A stretch of DNA of 62,569 nucleotides, filler included, from Asterionella formosa (lineage: Eukaryota): assembly GCA_002256025.1 (NCBI GenBank). It is 28 parts of 28 records of this genome, joined end to end, with 100 filler letters (N's around TTAATTAATTAA, not from the genome) between each part and the next. Parts side by side here need not be neighbours in the genome. Positions count along the whole stretch, not along the records: positions 1 to 2,146 come from NKIB01000333.1; positions 2,247 to 4,392 come from NKIB01000334.1; positions 4,493 to 6,636 come from NKIB01000335.1; positions 6,737 to 8,880 come from NKIB01000336.1; positions 8,981 to 11,123 come from NKIB01000337.1; positions 11,224 to 13,365 come from NKIB01000338.1; 22 more parts are not named here. One strand, written 5' to 3'. The translations under genes were made by a program, and so were the position numbers. The notes under the pieces were generated by a model that worked only from the letters and a program-made list of their open reading frames with translations, ran no database searches and was not told the origin of the DNA. The first letter of the stretch is position 1; every line of letters starts with the position of its first letter. Shown here piece by piece: positions 1 to 11,531 of the stretch.

Positions 1-863
1 ACGGGAAAATGCCCCGATTGGCTTTTCTACGGCTTTCAGCCTAAGATTTATCCTCACCTGATTCAGTTTGGCAGGGTGGGGTGGGCCACGATTCGGACGC
101 CAAGGCAGAAACTAACCCCAAAAAGTGTCAAATGTGTCATGCTTGGATACAGCCATGACCACGCCGGTGATACCTACCGCATGTACAACGTTGCTACGAA
201 AAAGGTCTTCAACACAAGAGACCTTAAATGGGCTGACTGGCATGGAAATGCCAAACCGACAGCGGACATGGACGAATTCACCACAGACGGATCCGGTATA
301 GATGAGGAATTTGACACTCCTACTAAACCCTCCAACGCAATAGTACCTCCTGACGAACAAGGGGCTGATACGCAACTACCTACGAAACCGGACGATCCCA
401 GTACTCCCACGAGAGTGAGCTTTGCAGATTCCGTCGCAGGTGGTATGAGTACGAACGAGTATCGTACGAATTATGCTACGAAATCTACAAAGCTAGATCG
501 AGAAATGAATAGGCTATCAACAGGCCTTGTGACCTCGCCTACACCTACTCGTGCATGTACACGTCAGCAATCATCCGCAGCACGCACGCTTAATTTGGAT
601 GACAACACGAATGAAAACCTCCAAGAGCACGAACCTAACGAGGAAGCACATTCAACGAGCCTAGCTTCCGACCCACTGGAACCCAAGAGCTACAAGCAGG
701 CACTACTAAGTAACGAAAAAGACGAATGGACCAAGGCAATCAAAGCTGAAATTGAAAACTTCTACTCCCGCAAAGTGTGGAAGCTACATCCTCGTAAGAA
801 TCTAAATGGACGAAAGCCACTTGGAGCAAAATGGGTATTTAAAAAGAAGAATGAGCACGACAA
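1..863 (+). mobile_element. Ty1/copia pol fragment (integrase C-terminus, linker, start of RT), cut by an LTR insertion
   Basis: KLTPKSVKCVMLGYS..YRMYN..KVFNTRDLKW, then EPKSYKQAL..WTKAIKAEIENF..VWKL..KPLGAKWVFKKK. The frame runs into the LTR at 864. Confidence 0.9.
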
Positions 864-1284
864 TGTTAAAGTGAGCTCATCTACGTAGTTAGGACTCGGA
901 GTCAAACGAGTCAAACGATTCGAATGAGTCCACTTTGATGTACCAAGCTCTCATCAACCACACATTATACTTTGCTACTCCGAATATAATGAGCCGGACA
1001 ATATAAGCTATTTCAGAAGACCGATAGTTTGAAATGAATGATCATGGTTAAATACCTATGATCAGTAAGTGTGAGATAGACATGGGTCTATCTATGATTG
1101 TATGTTCCTAGAAATGCAAACAGCATTTGGAGAATAGTTCGTTTGTTTTGTTCAAACAGAACAACCTAAACTAGATTAGTAAACTCACAATAAGAATATA
1201 GAAACGGAAAGAGAAACGAACGTCTCTATCTATAGTCTTCTTTGTCTAACGATATAGATCTATACTAAAGGTAATACTTTAACA
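864..1284 (+). repeat. 5' LTR (421 bp) of a copia element
   Basis: TGTTAAAGT...ACTTTAACA 9-bp inverted ends; a gag ATG follows 29 bp later; a close reverse-complement copy lies at 61540-61965. Confidence 0.92.
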
Positions 1285-1313
1285 CGTTTATAAACGGACT
1301 TAAGTGTTTTAAC

Positions 1314-2146
1314 ATGTCTACAGAAATGTCTGAAGAGAGCATGAGGCTCATCAAGTTTGATGGCAACGAAACGAACTGGTACCAGTGGAGCGTTAAAACG
1401 CTCGCTCTGGCGAAGGCAAGAGGATTCCGAACGATGTACTCCAAGAACCATAACCCGTGTTCTGACGAAGAGTACGAAGTCGAGACAGACAAAGGAGTCA
1501 GGGCTATCTACGAGGCCAACGACAAGGCGTACCAGTTGCTCATCATGAGCTGCACCGGAATCGCCTTCGGACTCGTAAACCAAGCCAAAACGAAAACGTT
1601 GATCGATGGCGATGCATACATGGCGTGGAAGAACCTCGAAGCGAGGTATGCCCCCCATTCTGTGTCGGACCTGATCCAGCTGGCAAGCGATTTCAACAAA
1701 TGCAAGCTGAACGATAGCTCCTCTGATCCAGACGAATGGTTCATTGAGCTCGATCTAATACAAAGCAAGATGATGGCGATCGACCCGTCATTTGAGAAGA
1801 AAGAAATGGAAGTGATTGCGAACGTTATCGACAAGCTTCCAGTGGAGTACAGCGAGGTTGTTACAGTCGTCGAGGGCATGACAACAATCAGCCTCAACGA
1901 ATTGAAAGGCAAAATCCGAGCATTCTACAAACGAAAGCTAAAGGGCACGAAGAGCACAAAGGAGATCGCCCTATTCACGCAGAAATACAGAGGTATCTGC
2001 AAGAACTGCGGCAAACAAGGGCACAAGGCCGACGTGTGCCGATCGAAAACGAACACAAGCGGAACGAATGCAAACGGTACGAACGAAAAAAATGAGATAA
2101 AGTGCTATAATTGCAATAAATATGTCGGGCATATTGCAAGAGACTG
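1314..2146 (+). CDS. gag: Copia Gag (UBN2-like region, one complete and one partial CCHC zinc knuckle), 3' truncated
   Basis: KFDG..NWYQW, AWKNLEARY, DPDEWFIEL, KLPVEYSEVV, CKNCGKQGHKADVC, CYNCNKYVGHIARD. Confidence 0.9.
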
Positions 2147-2246
2147 NNNNNNNNNNNNNNNNNNNNNNNNNNNNNNNNNNNNNNNNNNNNTTAATTAATT
2201 AANNNNNNNNNNNNNNNNNNNNNNNNNNNNNNNNNNNNNNNNNNNN

Positions 2247-2760
2247 CCTTTCCTTCTATTTCTATATTGTACTTGCTCGACTTATTGCTGTAGACTATTT
2301 GTAGCTGCTCCGAAACGGAGAAGGCCATTGCGGCACATCTCAATTTTGACTCACTACGGCGACATGCAAGGTTAAAATATGCAACAGCTGTTTCTGAACG
2401 AAATAACGGATTCAATTCCTTATTGTCAGCTACTCAGCATCCTTTCCTTCTTTTTCTATATTGTACTTGCTAGAGTTATCGCTGTAGACTATTTGTAGCT
2501 GCTCCGAAACGGAGAAGGCCATTGCGGCACATCTCAATTTTGACTCACTACGGCGACATCCAAGGTTGAAATATGCAACAGCTGTTTCTTAACGAAATAA
2601 CGGATTCAATTCCTTATTGTGAGCTACTCAGCATCCTTTCCTTCTTTTTCTATATTGTACTTGCTCGACTTATTGCTGCAGACTATTTGTAGCTGCTCCG
2701 AAACGGAGAAGGCCATTGCGGCGCATCTCAATTTTGACTCACTAGCTACGGCGACATGCA
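2247..2760. repeat. 194-bp tandem repeat, about 2.7 copies
   Basis: Units beginning CCTTTCCTTCT start at 2247, 2441 and 2635. Confidence 0.9.
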
Positions 2761-3171
2761 ATGCTAAACGATGCTCAACGAGGACCAACAGTGCTTTATT
2801 TCCAATCTGGCAGGCTATTGTAATCTCTACAATCAACAATGACTTAATTATGTGTCTACAACATCAACTACTACTACTACGTGTGCTGAATTCTACAGTG
2901 TGAATCTTCCTCTTGCATGTGTTTTTCTTTGCCAGTTCAGATCAAAGTGATATGTCGGAGCGGAAAAAATAATAAGTGTATCGGAATTGGCGACTCTTTC
3001 GTTCATTATATGGTGAAAGCAGCATAATATTGCGGCAGAGCAGCATAATTTCGCTTTTAAACTGTTGCGATGGCTAGTTGGTCAACATATATTGTCACGA
3101 ACACACATAATTATTGGTGTGATCACATAATTATTCGATAAGTGAAATAAATTTTTGTTTAACCCGAATAA

Positions 3172-3466
3172 ATTAGGGAAAAAGTAGCATAATATTTCAA
3201 AAAAGTAACATAATATTTTAGAAAAGTAACATAATATTTTAAAAAAGTAGCATAAATACGTCACTTTACACATAAATTCGAAAAAGTGCCGTAAACGGCG
3301 TCTTAGATGTAGGGAAAAAGTAGCATAATATTTCAAAAAAGTAACATAATATTTTAGAAAAGTAACATAATATTTTAGAAAAGTAACATAATATTTTAAA
3401 AAAGTAGCATAAATACGTCACTTTAGACATAAATTCGAAAAAGTGCCGTAAACGGCGTCTTAGATG
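3172..3466. repeat. Two head-to-tail copies of an unclassified TE terminus (~21-bp AAAAGTARCATAATATTTT repeats, GCCGTAAACGGC hairpin, CTTAGATG end)
   Basis: Copies end at 3309 and 3466. The same end is at 14170-14253, and a related inverted end starts at 35521. Confidence 0.7.
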
Positions 3467-3622
3467 GGCCAGCTTGAACCTGATTACATCATCAGCAGCC
3501 TGAACCGCTTTCCCGCAGCATTCATGTTGCTCACATGAGCGCCCATTGCTGGAAGCATTCAGTCCAAGCAACTCCCCATCTCGGCGGCTGTTGATTGTTG
3601 CTGATCTTCTTGTTGGTGACAT
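3467..3622 (-). pseudogene. Truncated 5' part of a small Cys/His ORF (GLNASSNGRSCEQHECCG..DVIRF), possibly a TE accessory protein
   Basis: ATG-started frame with an NGRSCxxHxCCG motif, cut off by the CTTAGATG terminus. Confidence 0.35.
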
Positions 3623-3804
3623 GATTAATATGTAGTATGCATTGGTAGTACCGATATTACCAGTAGTTTATAATGGTAGCGTCATTCAATTTCCGCCACA
3701 AAAATCAGAATTATAGCACGTTACTTTGTCTATGTCTAGAAATTTATTGGGTGTTTGGTGCCACCTCGAAAAATGTACAGGGGGGGGGGGNNNNNNCACC
3801 CCCG

Positions 3805-3900
<96 letters not shown>

Positions 3901-3954
3901 ACACCCCCCCCCCCCCCCCCCCCCCCCCCCCCATCCAGGACAATGAAGTATACG

Positions 3955-4290
3955 GTAGTGCTCCTTGTTTGACCGGGCACATGATGGGTTTGTTTGTGTG
4001 GCTGAGAGTGATGGTCTCGTCCTTCTCCCCGTTTTTTTGATCGCGGAATGTGATGCAGATAATGTCGGCCTGATGGAGCTAGTGCCGATTCCCAGTGATG
4101 TCTTGGTCTGCCTCGAAGAACTTCAAATCATGCACCCTGAGTTGTTTTGTACGTCGTTCGCCTTTGATGGTGAGGTTCCATCCTTTGAAGGTGCAATGTG
4201 TCAAATCCACAATGTTTTTCGTTATTGCGTAAACTTTCCTTGTTATATTCTTTACTTTGATATTTGAATTCATGGGAATTCACATGCATT
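3955..4290 (-). pseudogene. Degenerate tyrosine recombinase fragment (DIRS/Ngaro-like)
   Basis: GERRTKQLRVHDLKFF..*..ADIICITFRDQKNGEKDETIT..TNKPIMCPV; the T-F-x-x-Q-K-N and CPV motifs are present, with an internal stop. Confidence 0.6.
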
Positions 4291-4529
4291 GTCTTCAATC
4301 CTCACGCTTGTACACGCGGGACAAAAGTATAGAGCAGTACGGTAATTTGTACTAGACTAGTAGAAATTGCCTAATAAGAGTAGACAAAGCTANNNNNNNN
4401 NNNNNNNNNNNNNNNNNNNNNNNNNNNNNNNNNNNNTTAATTAATTAANNNNNNNNNNNNNNNNNNNNNNNNNNNNNNNNNNNNNNNNNNNNTTGCATTG
4501 CTCACGGCCTTGTGACATCAGTTCTGAAA

Positions 4530-6413
4530 ATGGACAACTCTCGTCCAAGGAGCATGTCATCAGAAGGGACGGTCAGCACATCCTCGACTGCTTCTTCGAG
4601 AGAAGCTTCACCCCAGATGAATGAAGAGGAGGAGAACGACTGGCAAGAACGCGTAGCTCGACCGTTGAAGCAAGGGTTCTACAACTTCTTCTTCCCGAAG
4701 CAGACCCACACTCCGGTGGTATCCAGTGTGGGAGTGCAGCTCTCGGAAGATGATGAAATACTGCAAGATCGCCTCTTTGTCGAGCACTTTTGGAAGACCT
4801 ATGACGATTTAGTCATCATTTCCCTCTTTACCCAAGTTGGTATTGTCCTTCGACTGTGTGCGGCCACTTGGTTTTCTCACGTTGGCAATACCTTTCGAGT
4901 CGACGATGCACTCTTCGTCAGCCTTCCTCTCAATTGCTTGTCTTGCTGGATTTTGGGACTAATATCAAGTGGTGAGGACCTTATGGATATTATCCATACG
5001 CGGTTTACACCCTTGGAACGGCAGAAGATTGAACTGCACGTAATTGACGAAATGGAGCCGATTCTCGACACTGACAGCATTCTACGACGACGATCACAGA
5101 TGCACAAGGAACAAAAGCTAGGAGAGGACGAGCTCAGAGAAGTACAATTGCTATATTTAGAACGGAGAATACGAGGATCACAATCCCTGGCATTGTTTCC
5201 CGGCGTTAAGCAAAGCAATGACGTGATGGAGCACTACTCACAGCATGGCAGCAGCCAAGACCAAGGCTCGTTAGGCGACTTGGAGCTTCAAGTGGAAAAA
5301 GAAGGCGATAGACAAGTCGATGAACCATTGTATCAAGAGTACGAAATGGAAGATGTGCCCATTTCTCGTGACACTCTTGGAGGAGAAGGAACGATGGAAA
5401 AAGGCTCGTCCATTCTAAAAACCGTGACCGAATTGGAAGCGAACATCCTGTCAAAAAGGAATCAATCGGAATCTATTTCCGAAAGTGTTACTAATATTCA
5501 ACAGCAGATCCTTCAAAATGTTGGTCGGGACATTTCGCGAATGCGACGAGTTACGTTGGCAGACGGTTGGGATGTCGGAACTGATGCACAAGCAATGAGC
5601 GACGATCTGATGCTTGGCCTACGGGATGGATTTTGCGGAGCTCTTTCTTCTTTTTCGTCTTGGAATTCATCCATGGTTAATTTACTTCAAAATGGTGAGA
5701 TTGGTGAAGCTATAGTTGGGTACACGATTGGTCTCCAGCTTCCCATTGTCGCATATCGATTCGGCCAGCACATGGCAGTGTATTTGTTTGTTTGGAGGAC
5801 CCGGAGGGAAACTCGAACCGATGAAAGACGAGGGTATGGCCTTCGATTGCAGCAACAGGAAAATTCACTGGATGTTGAAGACGACGAACTTCCTCCTGAC
5901 TCCAAAGACCAATCTAGCGAAGCAACGGATCAAGAGACACCGTCAGTACGAGCGATTGTGACTGCTCTATTTACGCTCGCTATTGTCGCTCAGATCACGT
6001 CACTATTCTTTTTTAAAGACCCCCAACAGCATCAAATCGCATTGAGTCTTCTTTTTTCACCTTTTGGAGCACTGACAAGGTGGCGGTTGTCTCGGTACAA
6101 TGTGGGACGTAAAGGATTTCCCTTGGGAACCTTTACTTGCAATCTTCTAGCTTGCGCCTTGTCTGGATCGCTGGGTACCATCTTGGCTGGTAGTCCAGGC
6201 CCCCGTGAACGGATTGTATTGGTCAGCATGATTTCCGGCTTTGCTGGGTCGCTGAGTAGCCTGGCTGTGTTTATTGTCGAGACTCTCCGCGGGATCGACC
6301 CCCTTCTCTTTCGATTTGATGGTTTTTTCTATGCTATCTCAACAGTGTTTTGGGCCATGGTGATTGGATTGATATCAAATTCAAGTGTCGATTGGGCTGA
6401 ACGATCGAATTGA
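4530..6413 (+). CDS. FEX: FEX-type fluoride exporter (two fused CrcB/Fluc domains), intronless
   Basis: Domain 1: QVGIVLR..LPLNCLSCWILG..GLRDGFCGALSSFSSW. Domain 2: SPFGALTRWRLS..FPLGTFTCNLLAC..GFAGSLSS. First ATG is at 4530. Confidence 0.82.
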   Translation: MDNSRPRSMSSEGTVSTSSTASSREASPQMNEEEENDWQERVARPLKQGFYNFFFPKQTHTPVVSSVGVQLSEDDEILQDRLFVEHFWKTYDDLVIISLFTQVGIVLRLCAATWFSHVGNTFRVDDALFVSLPLNCLSCWILGLISSGEDLMDIIHTRFTPLERQKIELHVIDEMEPILDTDSILRRRSQMHKEQKLGEDELREVQLLYLERRIRGSQSLALFPGVKQSNDVMEHYSQHGSSQDQGSLGDLELQVEKEGDRQVDEPLYQEYEMEDVPISRDTLGGEGTMEKGSSILKTVTELEANILSKRNQSESISESVTNIQQQILQNVGRDISRMRRVTLADGWDVGTDAQAMSDDLMLGLRDGFCGALSSFSSWNSSMVNLLQNGEIGEAIVGYTIGLQLPIVAYRFGQHMAVYLFVWRTRRETRTDERRGYGLRLQQQENSLDVEDDELPPDSKDQSSEATDQETPSVRAIVTALFTLAIVAQITSLFFFKDPQQHQIALSLLFSPFGALTRWRLSRYNVGRKGFPLGTFTCNLLACALSGSLGTILAGSPGPRERIVLVSMISGFAGSLSSLAVFIVETLRGIDPLLFRFDGFFYAISTVFWAMVIGLISNSSVDWAERSN

Positions 6414-6819
6414 CGCAATGCAAGGAACAATGACATGGGAAGCAGCAAAGATTTGTCTGTTTATAACGGCACCCATGGAAGGTTTCGACGGTACTTGTGC
6501 AGTGCACCATTCTCAAACTTACTCCGATTAAACGTCAAATGGTGTGTAGCAAAGATTTAGGTAAAACCAGCAGTTACAAATGGTATCATTACTACAGCAT
6601 AAGGGCTTAGAAAAGATGTAATTAAATAGTGCACCANNNNNNNNNNNNNNNNNNNNNNNNNNNNNNNNNNNNNNNNNNNNTTAATTAATTAANNNNNNNN
6701 NNNNNNNNNNNNNNNNNNNNNNNNNNNNNNNNNNNNACAAGCGGACAATTGAGAGTCCGGAGACAAGATCTGAGGGTACCAGACCATCCAGAGTCTGAAG
6801 AAGTCGCACAAGGCGCATC

Positions 6820-8880
6820 ATGAGTGGCAAAGGAAAGTTTACCAAGAAGGCTCAAGCCAAGGGCAAGTTTCAAGCCAAGGGAGGGAGCAATATTGCTTCT
6901 CAATCAATCAAGAAGTCAGTCAATGACTATAACTACTACCTCGGATCATCGAAGCAGGCATCTGATTATGAGACTACTACTGAGTACCTCATCAATCATA
7001 TCAAGAAAGTGTTCGACTATGGCAACGACATAGGAACCGCGCTCGAGTTATTAGAACCAATGAGCACATCGGTATGGAAGCCAAGAATGCAAGTGAGCAT
7101 TGCAACAACAGAAGAAGATCGCGCTGCAGAGAATCGACAATATGAGATTGAGTTCAAGGCTGACTATGACACCTACAGTAAAAGGGTACAGGCCTACGAA
7201 AATAATAATACCAAGGCATATGCGTTGCTCTGGGAAAGATGCAACAAAGCCATGAAGAACAAGATTGAAGCGAGATCCGATTACAATAGGATCAAAAATA
7301 ACCCAATAACATTGCTTATGGCAATTAAAGAACACGCATTAAATTTTCAGGAGAATCGATATTCAATGTCGATCATTTTAGATGCAATGAGAACGCTTTT
7401 ATTCACAAAGCAGAAAGAAGGAGAAAGTCTACAAGACTACACCAAGAGATTCCGTGTGGCACGTGATGTGCTCAAGTCACACATGGGAGGACCCATTATC
7501 CTCACCAAGTTCGTTGAAGCCATGGAAGGATACAATGAGAATGACATCAAGCTATGAGATAAATTTCGTGAACAAGCTTTCAGTCAATTTATGGCATATT
7601 TATATCTCGATAATGCCGATAAAGCTAAATACGGTTCAATTATGACCGGGCTGAACACTCAAGAATCACTCGGCAACGATCAATACCCAAAGACCATCAC
7701 CGAATCAAATAATGTTCTCAGCAACCATCGATTTGACGTAACAAATAAATCTGCCTACAAGAAACCAGGAGATAATGATAAAGAGAGGAAACATAAGGAT
7801 GCAGGCAAGGAAGACGAAGACGTGAACTTATCGTTTGCACAGTTAGAAGGAAAATGTTACTGCTGTGGAAAACCAGGTCACAAATCCCCTTCGTGCCGAG
7901 ACAAGAATAAACCCAAAGAGGAATGGGCTATCAACAAGGCCCAAAGCCATGCACAGGCACATCCGACACAAGTACAGTTACCTCTGTTAATTCCAACAAC
8001 CCGCCGTCATCACAAGCTTCACAACAAGCAAATGCCAATCAATTTGGATGGACGGGAGCTCATATGAAACTACAATTTTACCAAGCATCTGAGATGCGTG
8101 ACTGGATACTATTGGATAATCAATCAAGTGTCACAGTCTTTTGCAATCCAAAAATGGTTAATAACATTCGAATGTCAACCAACGGAAGCATGCACCTGGC
8201 CACAAATGGTGGATCCATGGTAACTAATATGAAGGCTGATCTTCCAGAATGGGGAGAAGTATGGTTTAATGAAAAGGCAATCACAAACATCTTCAGTTAT
8301 GCCGAAATGGCAGATAGGTACAGAATTACCTATGACTCTGAGAAAGAAGATGCATTCATTGTTCATTTGCCTGACAAAACAGGTCAATTTGAAAGAATTG
8401 GGATGAACTTATATGTTTTCAAGCCAACTACAATAATTAGAGTGGAGAATGCTCAAATGTTAAATACACTTGAAGAAAACAAAACATTTTACACTGAACG
8501 TCAATTTCAGAGAGCTAAGCAAGCTCGTGATCTATTTCATGCCTTGGGTACACCATCAATTAACGATTTCAAGGCAATAATTCGTATGAATACGATCAAC
8601 AATAATCCAGTGACTACCGATGATATCAAAATTGCAGAGAAAATTTTTGGACCTGACATCGGAACACTAAAAGGCAAGACAACTCGTCGCAAGCCGCTGC
8701 CAGTCGTGAACGACTACCTCGAGATTCCTAAGGAGCTTATCCAAGCTCAACGCGAAGTGACTCTTTGCATGGATGGAATGAAAGTCAATGGACAATCATT
8801 TCTCACAACAATTTCTCGAAACATTATGTATAGGACAGCGCAATGGGTCAAGAATCAGACAGCTGAAGTCTATCGAGATG
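6820..8880 (+). pseudogene. Diatom CoDi-type copia gag-protease region, disrupted
   Basis: QKEGESLQDYTKRF, CYCCGKPGHKSPSC, protease WILLDNQSS, ITNIFS, KIAEKIFGPDIGTLKGKTTR. In-frame TGA at 7555-7557 and a frameshift near 7960. Confidence 0.85.
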
Positions 8881-9193
8881 NNNNNNNNNNNNNNNNNNNN
8901 NNNNNNNNNNNNNNNNNNNNNNNNTTAATTAATTAANNNNNNNNNNNNNNNNNNNNNNNNNNNNNNNNNNNNNNNNNNNNGGGGGGGGCAGCGCTTTGAC
9001 TTTCACAGCCTCTCTACAGAGCTGCGACAGAAAATAATAGGGAAAAACATAGTACCACCATAACCGTAGGTGCTGATAAAAGATGTAGACGTACTAAATG
9101 GTACCGGTAGTAACTCGTCAGCCTGGCTAATTATCGCGCCAGTTAAATTCATAAAAGCACTATTATGATAACTACCGGGTAGGTATGCCAGAA

Positions 9194-9510
9194 CATATGG
9201 TGTTCTGTTGCTCGCTTATTACTCAATTGGTTTTTAGTTTTACGATCATACAATCCTAGAACTATGATGATTTATTGACCCACAGTAGTAGCAACAGTCC
9301 TGAATATATGGTATTCTATTGGTTTTTACTTTTACGATCATACGATCCTAAAATTATCATGATTTACTGTCCCGCTGCAATAGCAGCAGTCATAGACATT
9401 TCGTGTTCTATTGGTTTTTAGTTTTATGATCATATTATCCTAAAACTATGATGATTTACTGTCCCACTGCAGTAGCAACAGTCCTGAACATATGGTGTTC
9501 TGTTGCTAGT
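9194..9510. repeat. Imperfect ~92-bp tandem repeat, about 3 copies
   Basis: ATTGGTTTTTASTTTTAYGATCATA..ATCCTA recurs near 9226, 9318 and 9409. Confidence 0.75.
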
Positions 9511-10380
9511 TTACTACTCCGACTACCCCCAGTATATCAGTTACTACCTGCTACTGGTACCCTGTATATATATATGATACATTGTTATTGTCATATGATG
9601 TACCGGTACACATGAAGAGCTCCCGCCCAAAAAAGGGGCTTGAACAATTTGCTACCAAAACCCTTGCGGCATTTGAACGGTCTAAATAAATAGTTTCAAC
9701 GGACGTAGAAAATATCGATGCAAACAAATTTCAGAGATAACACCGGTACACGTAGTCTTGGAAAACAATGGACTTATAGTGCATTGAGTATTTTCGAATT
9801 ATGTATATGCGAGTATGATCATCTCAACCCTATCAGATGTTCCATATCGAGAGCGCCTTTGAATTTTATAAATGTATAACACTTAATATATATATATATA
9901 TATTTACAAATTTTATTACTATATCCATGGCATATATATTTTTGAAATCGTTCTGTCATGTTAACAAACAATTCCTGCTGCTTCATGAAAAGATACATCG
10001 TAGTAAAGCACATGACAAGAAAAGAAAAGAAAGTTTACGCAATACATAACGAAAAACATTGTGACTTCGACACATTGCGCCTTCGAAGGATGGAGAATGT
10101 TTAAGGTAATGAAGCCATCAATGTGGTACTTGGATGACAATCGTTGGGAGACAGGCAGCACAACAACAAATTGTTAACTAAACACAGCCACATTTCCTTT
10201 TTTCTCAGTTGATTCAACAGCTCGTTTCGCTTGTTGGGGAGCACCAATGTAAAACAAAACAAAACCAAATTGCGTAAGTGCTCTTGTCGCTCGTTGGACC
10301 TATTCACTTCTGTTGGAACAAAGCTGACAAAATGTTTACCTTCTCTCAAAGTTAAGATGACAAAAATGAACCGGTAAGTT

Positions 10381-11123
10381 TTATTCGACAACATTGGATA
10401 CCTGAAACTTACTTATGCATCAGTTGCATTGCGTTGTGGTAAGTGAAGCAAGAGGATACGGTGGAATTGTGTGTCGTTGTGTCAATGTAACATGACTAGC
10501 TATTCGACAACATTGGATACCCGAAACTTACTTATTCAAGAATTTGGCTTACTGACAAGTTACTATAACAGACTTATGCATCAGTTGCATTGATTTGTGG
10601 TAGGTGAAGCAAGAGGATACGATGGAATTGCGTGTCGTTGTTTCAATGTAACATGACTACTAGCTAACCAATCATTCCTTCTCATTGTTTCTGTAACTGC
10701 ATAGGACCATAAAACCAATCAAACAACGGAATAGACGGCGAAAAATGCTAGTATGGCTTGTCAGCTCATGCATTGTTGTTGACAACAGGCAGGGACAATG
10801 AGGTCCGGAATGGAAGTTGTTCTGGTAAGATTACTGCGCTATTTTGACGGCTATATGAGCAACGCTACTGATTACTCACACTGATCTTCCTCTACATTCA
10901 ATTGACATTGCAGCAAACCCTTTCAATTCAGGAGCATTTGGATGAAATCCAAAAGAACTCTGCAATACAGTTGAATGGTGAGTGTGTTCTTGTTGTGTAC
11001 CTAAATGCTAGTATGGCTTGTCAGCTCACGCATTGTTGTTGACAACAGGCAGGGACAATGAGGTTCGGAATGAACGTTGTTCTGGTAAGGTTACTGCGCT
11101 ATTTTGACGGCTATATGAGCAAC
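10381..11123. repeat. Two local duplications (10381-10500 vs 10501-10665; 10744-10863 vs 11004-11123)
   Basis: Direct repeats starting TATTCGACAACATTGGATACC and AATGCTAGTATGGCTTGTCAGCTCA. Confidence 0.8.
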
Positions 11124-11231
11124 NNNNNNNNNNNNNNNNNNNNNNNNNNNNNNNNNNNNNNNNNNNNTTAATTAATTAANNNNNNNNNNNNNNNNNNNNN
11201 NNNNNNNNNNNNNNNNNNNNNNNACTTTCCC

Positions 11232-11531
11232 ATGGCCTTGACCCTGCAGGACGCCGGGCGCATTGCGCACCTGGCCCGCCTCGAGCTGTCGCCCGAGGAG
11301 ACCCCGCCCATGCTGGCGGCGCTGAATGATTTCTTCACCATCGTCGAGCAGATGAGCGCGGTCGACACCAGCGGCGTCGAGCCGTTGTACACCCCGTTGT
11401 CGGCCATCCAGGCGGTGCAATTGCGCCTGCGCGACGATGTGGTGAGCGAACGCAACGAACGTGACGCCAACCAGCGCAGCGCGCCGGCCGTGGAAGACGG
11501 CCTGTTCCTCGTGCCCAAGGTGATCGAATGA
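11232..11531 (+). CDS. gatC: Asp/Glu-tRNA amidotransferase subunit C (bacterial)
   Basis: [42 protein letters not shown]-rich contig. Confidence 0.97.
   Translation: MALTLQDAGRIAHLARLELSPEETPPMLAALNDFFTIVEQMSAVDTSGVEPLYTPLSAIQAVQLRLRDDVVSERNERDANQRSAPAVEDGLFLVPKVIE

Noticed and set aside
2191..2202. Recurrent TTAATTAATTAA palindrome and ORFs ending in X..LIN
   Set aside because: Synthetic linker.
3172..3412. CRISPR-like array
   Set aside because: The repeats are contiguous with no unique spacers, there are no cas genes, and the context is eukaryotic.
3781..3932. Poly-Pro and poly-Gly ORFs
   Set aside because: A G run, Ns and a ~130-nt C run, typical of a sequencing or assembly artefact.
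7555..7557. In-frame TGA in the CoDi gag as possible readthrough
   Set aside because: It is mid-gag, single-copy, in a TGA-G context and near a frameshift; most simply CGA to TGA decay.
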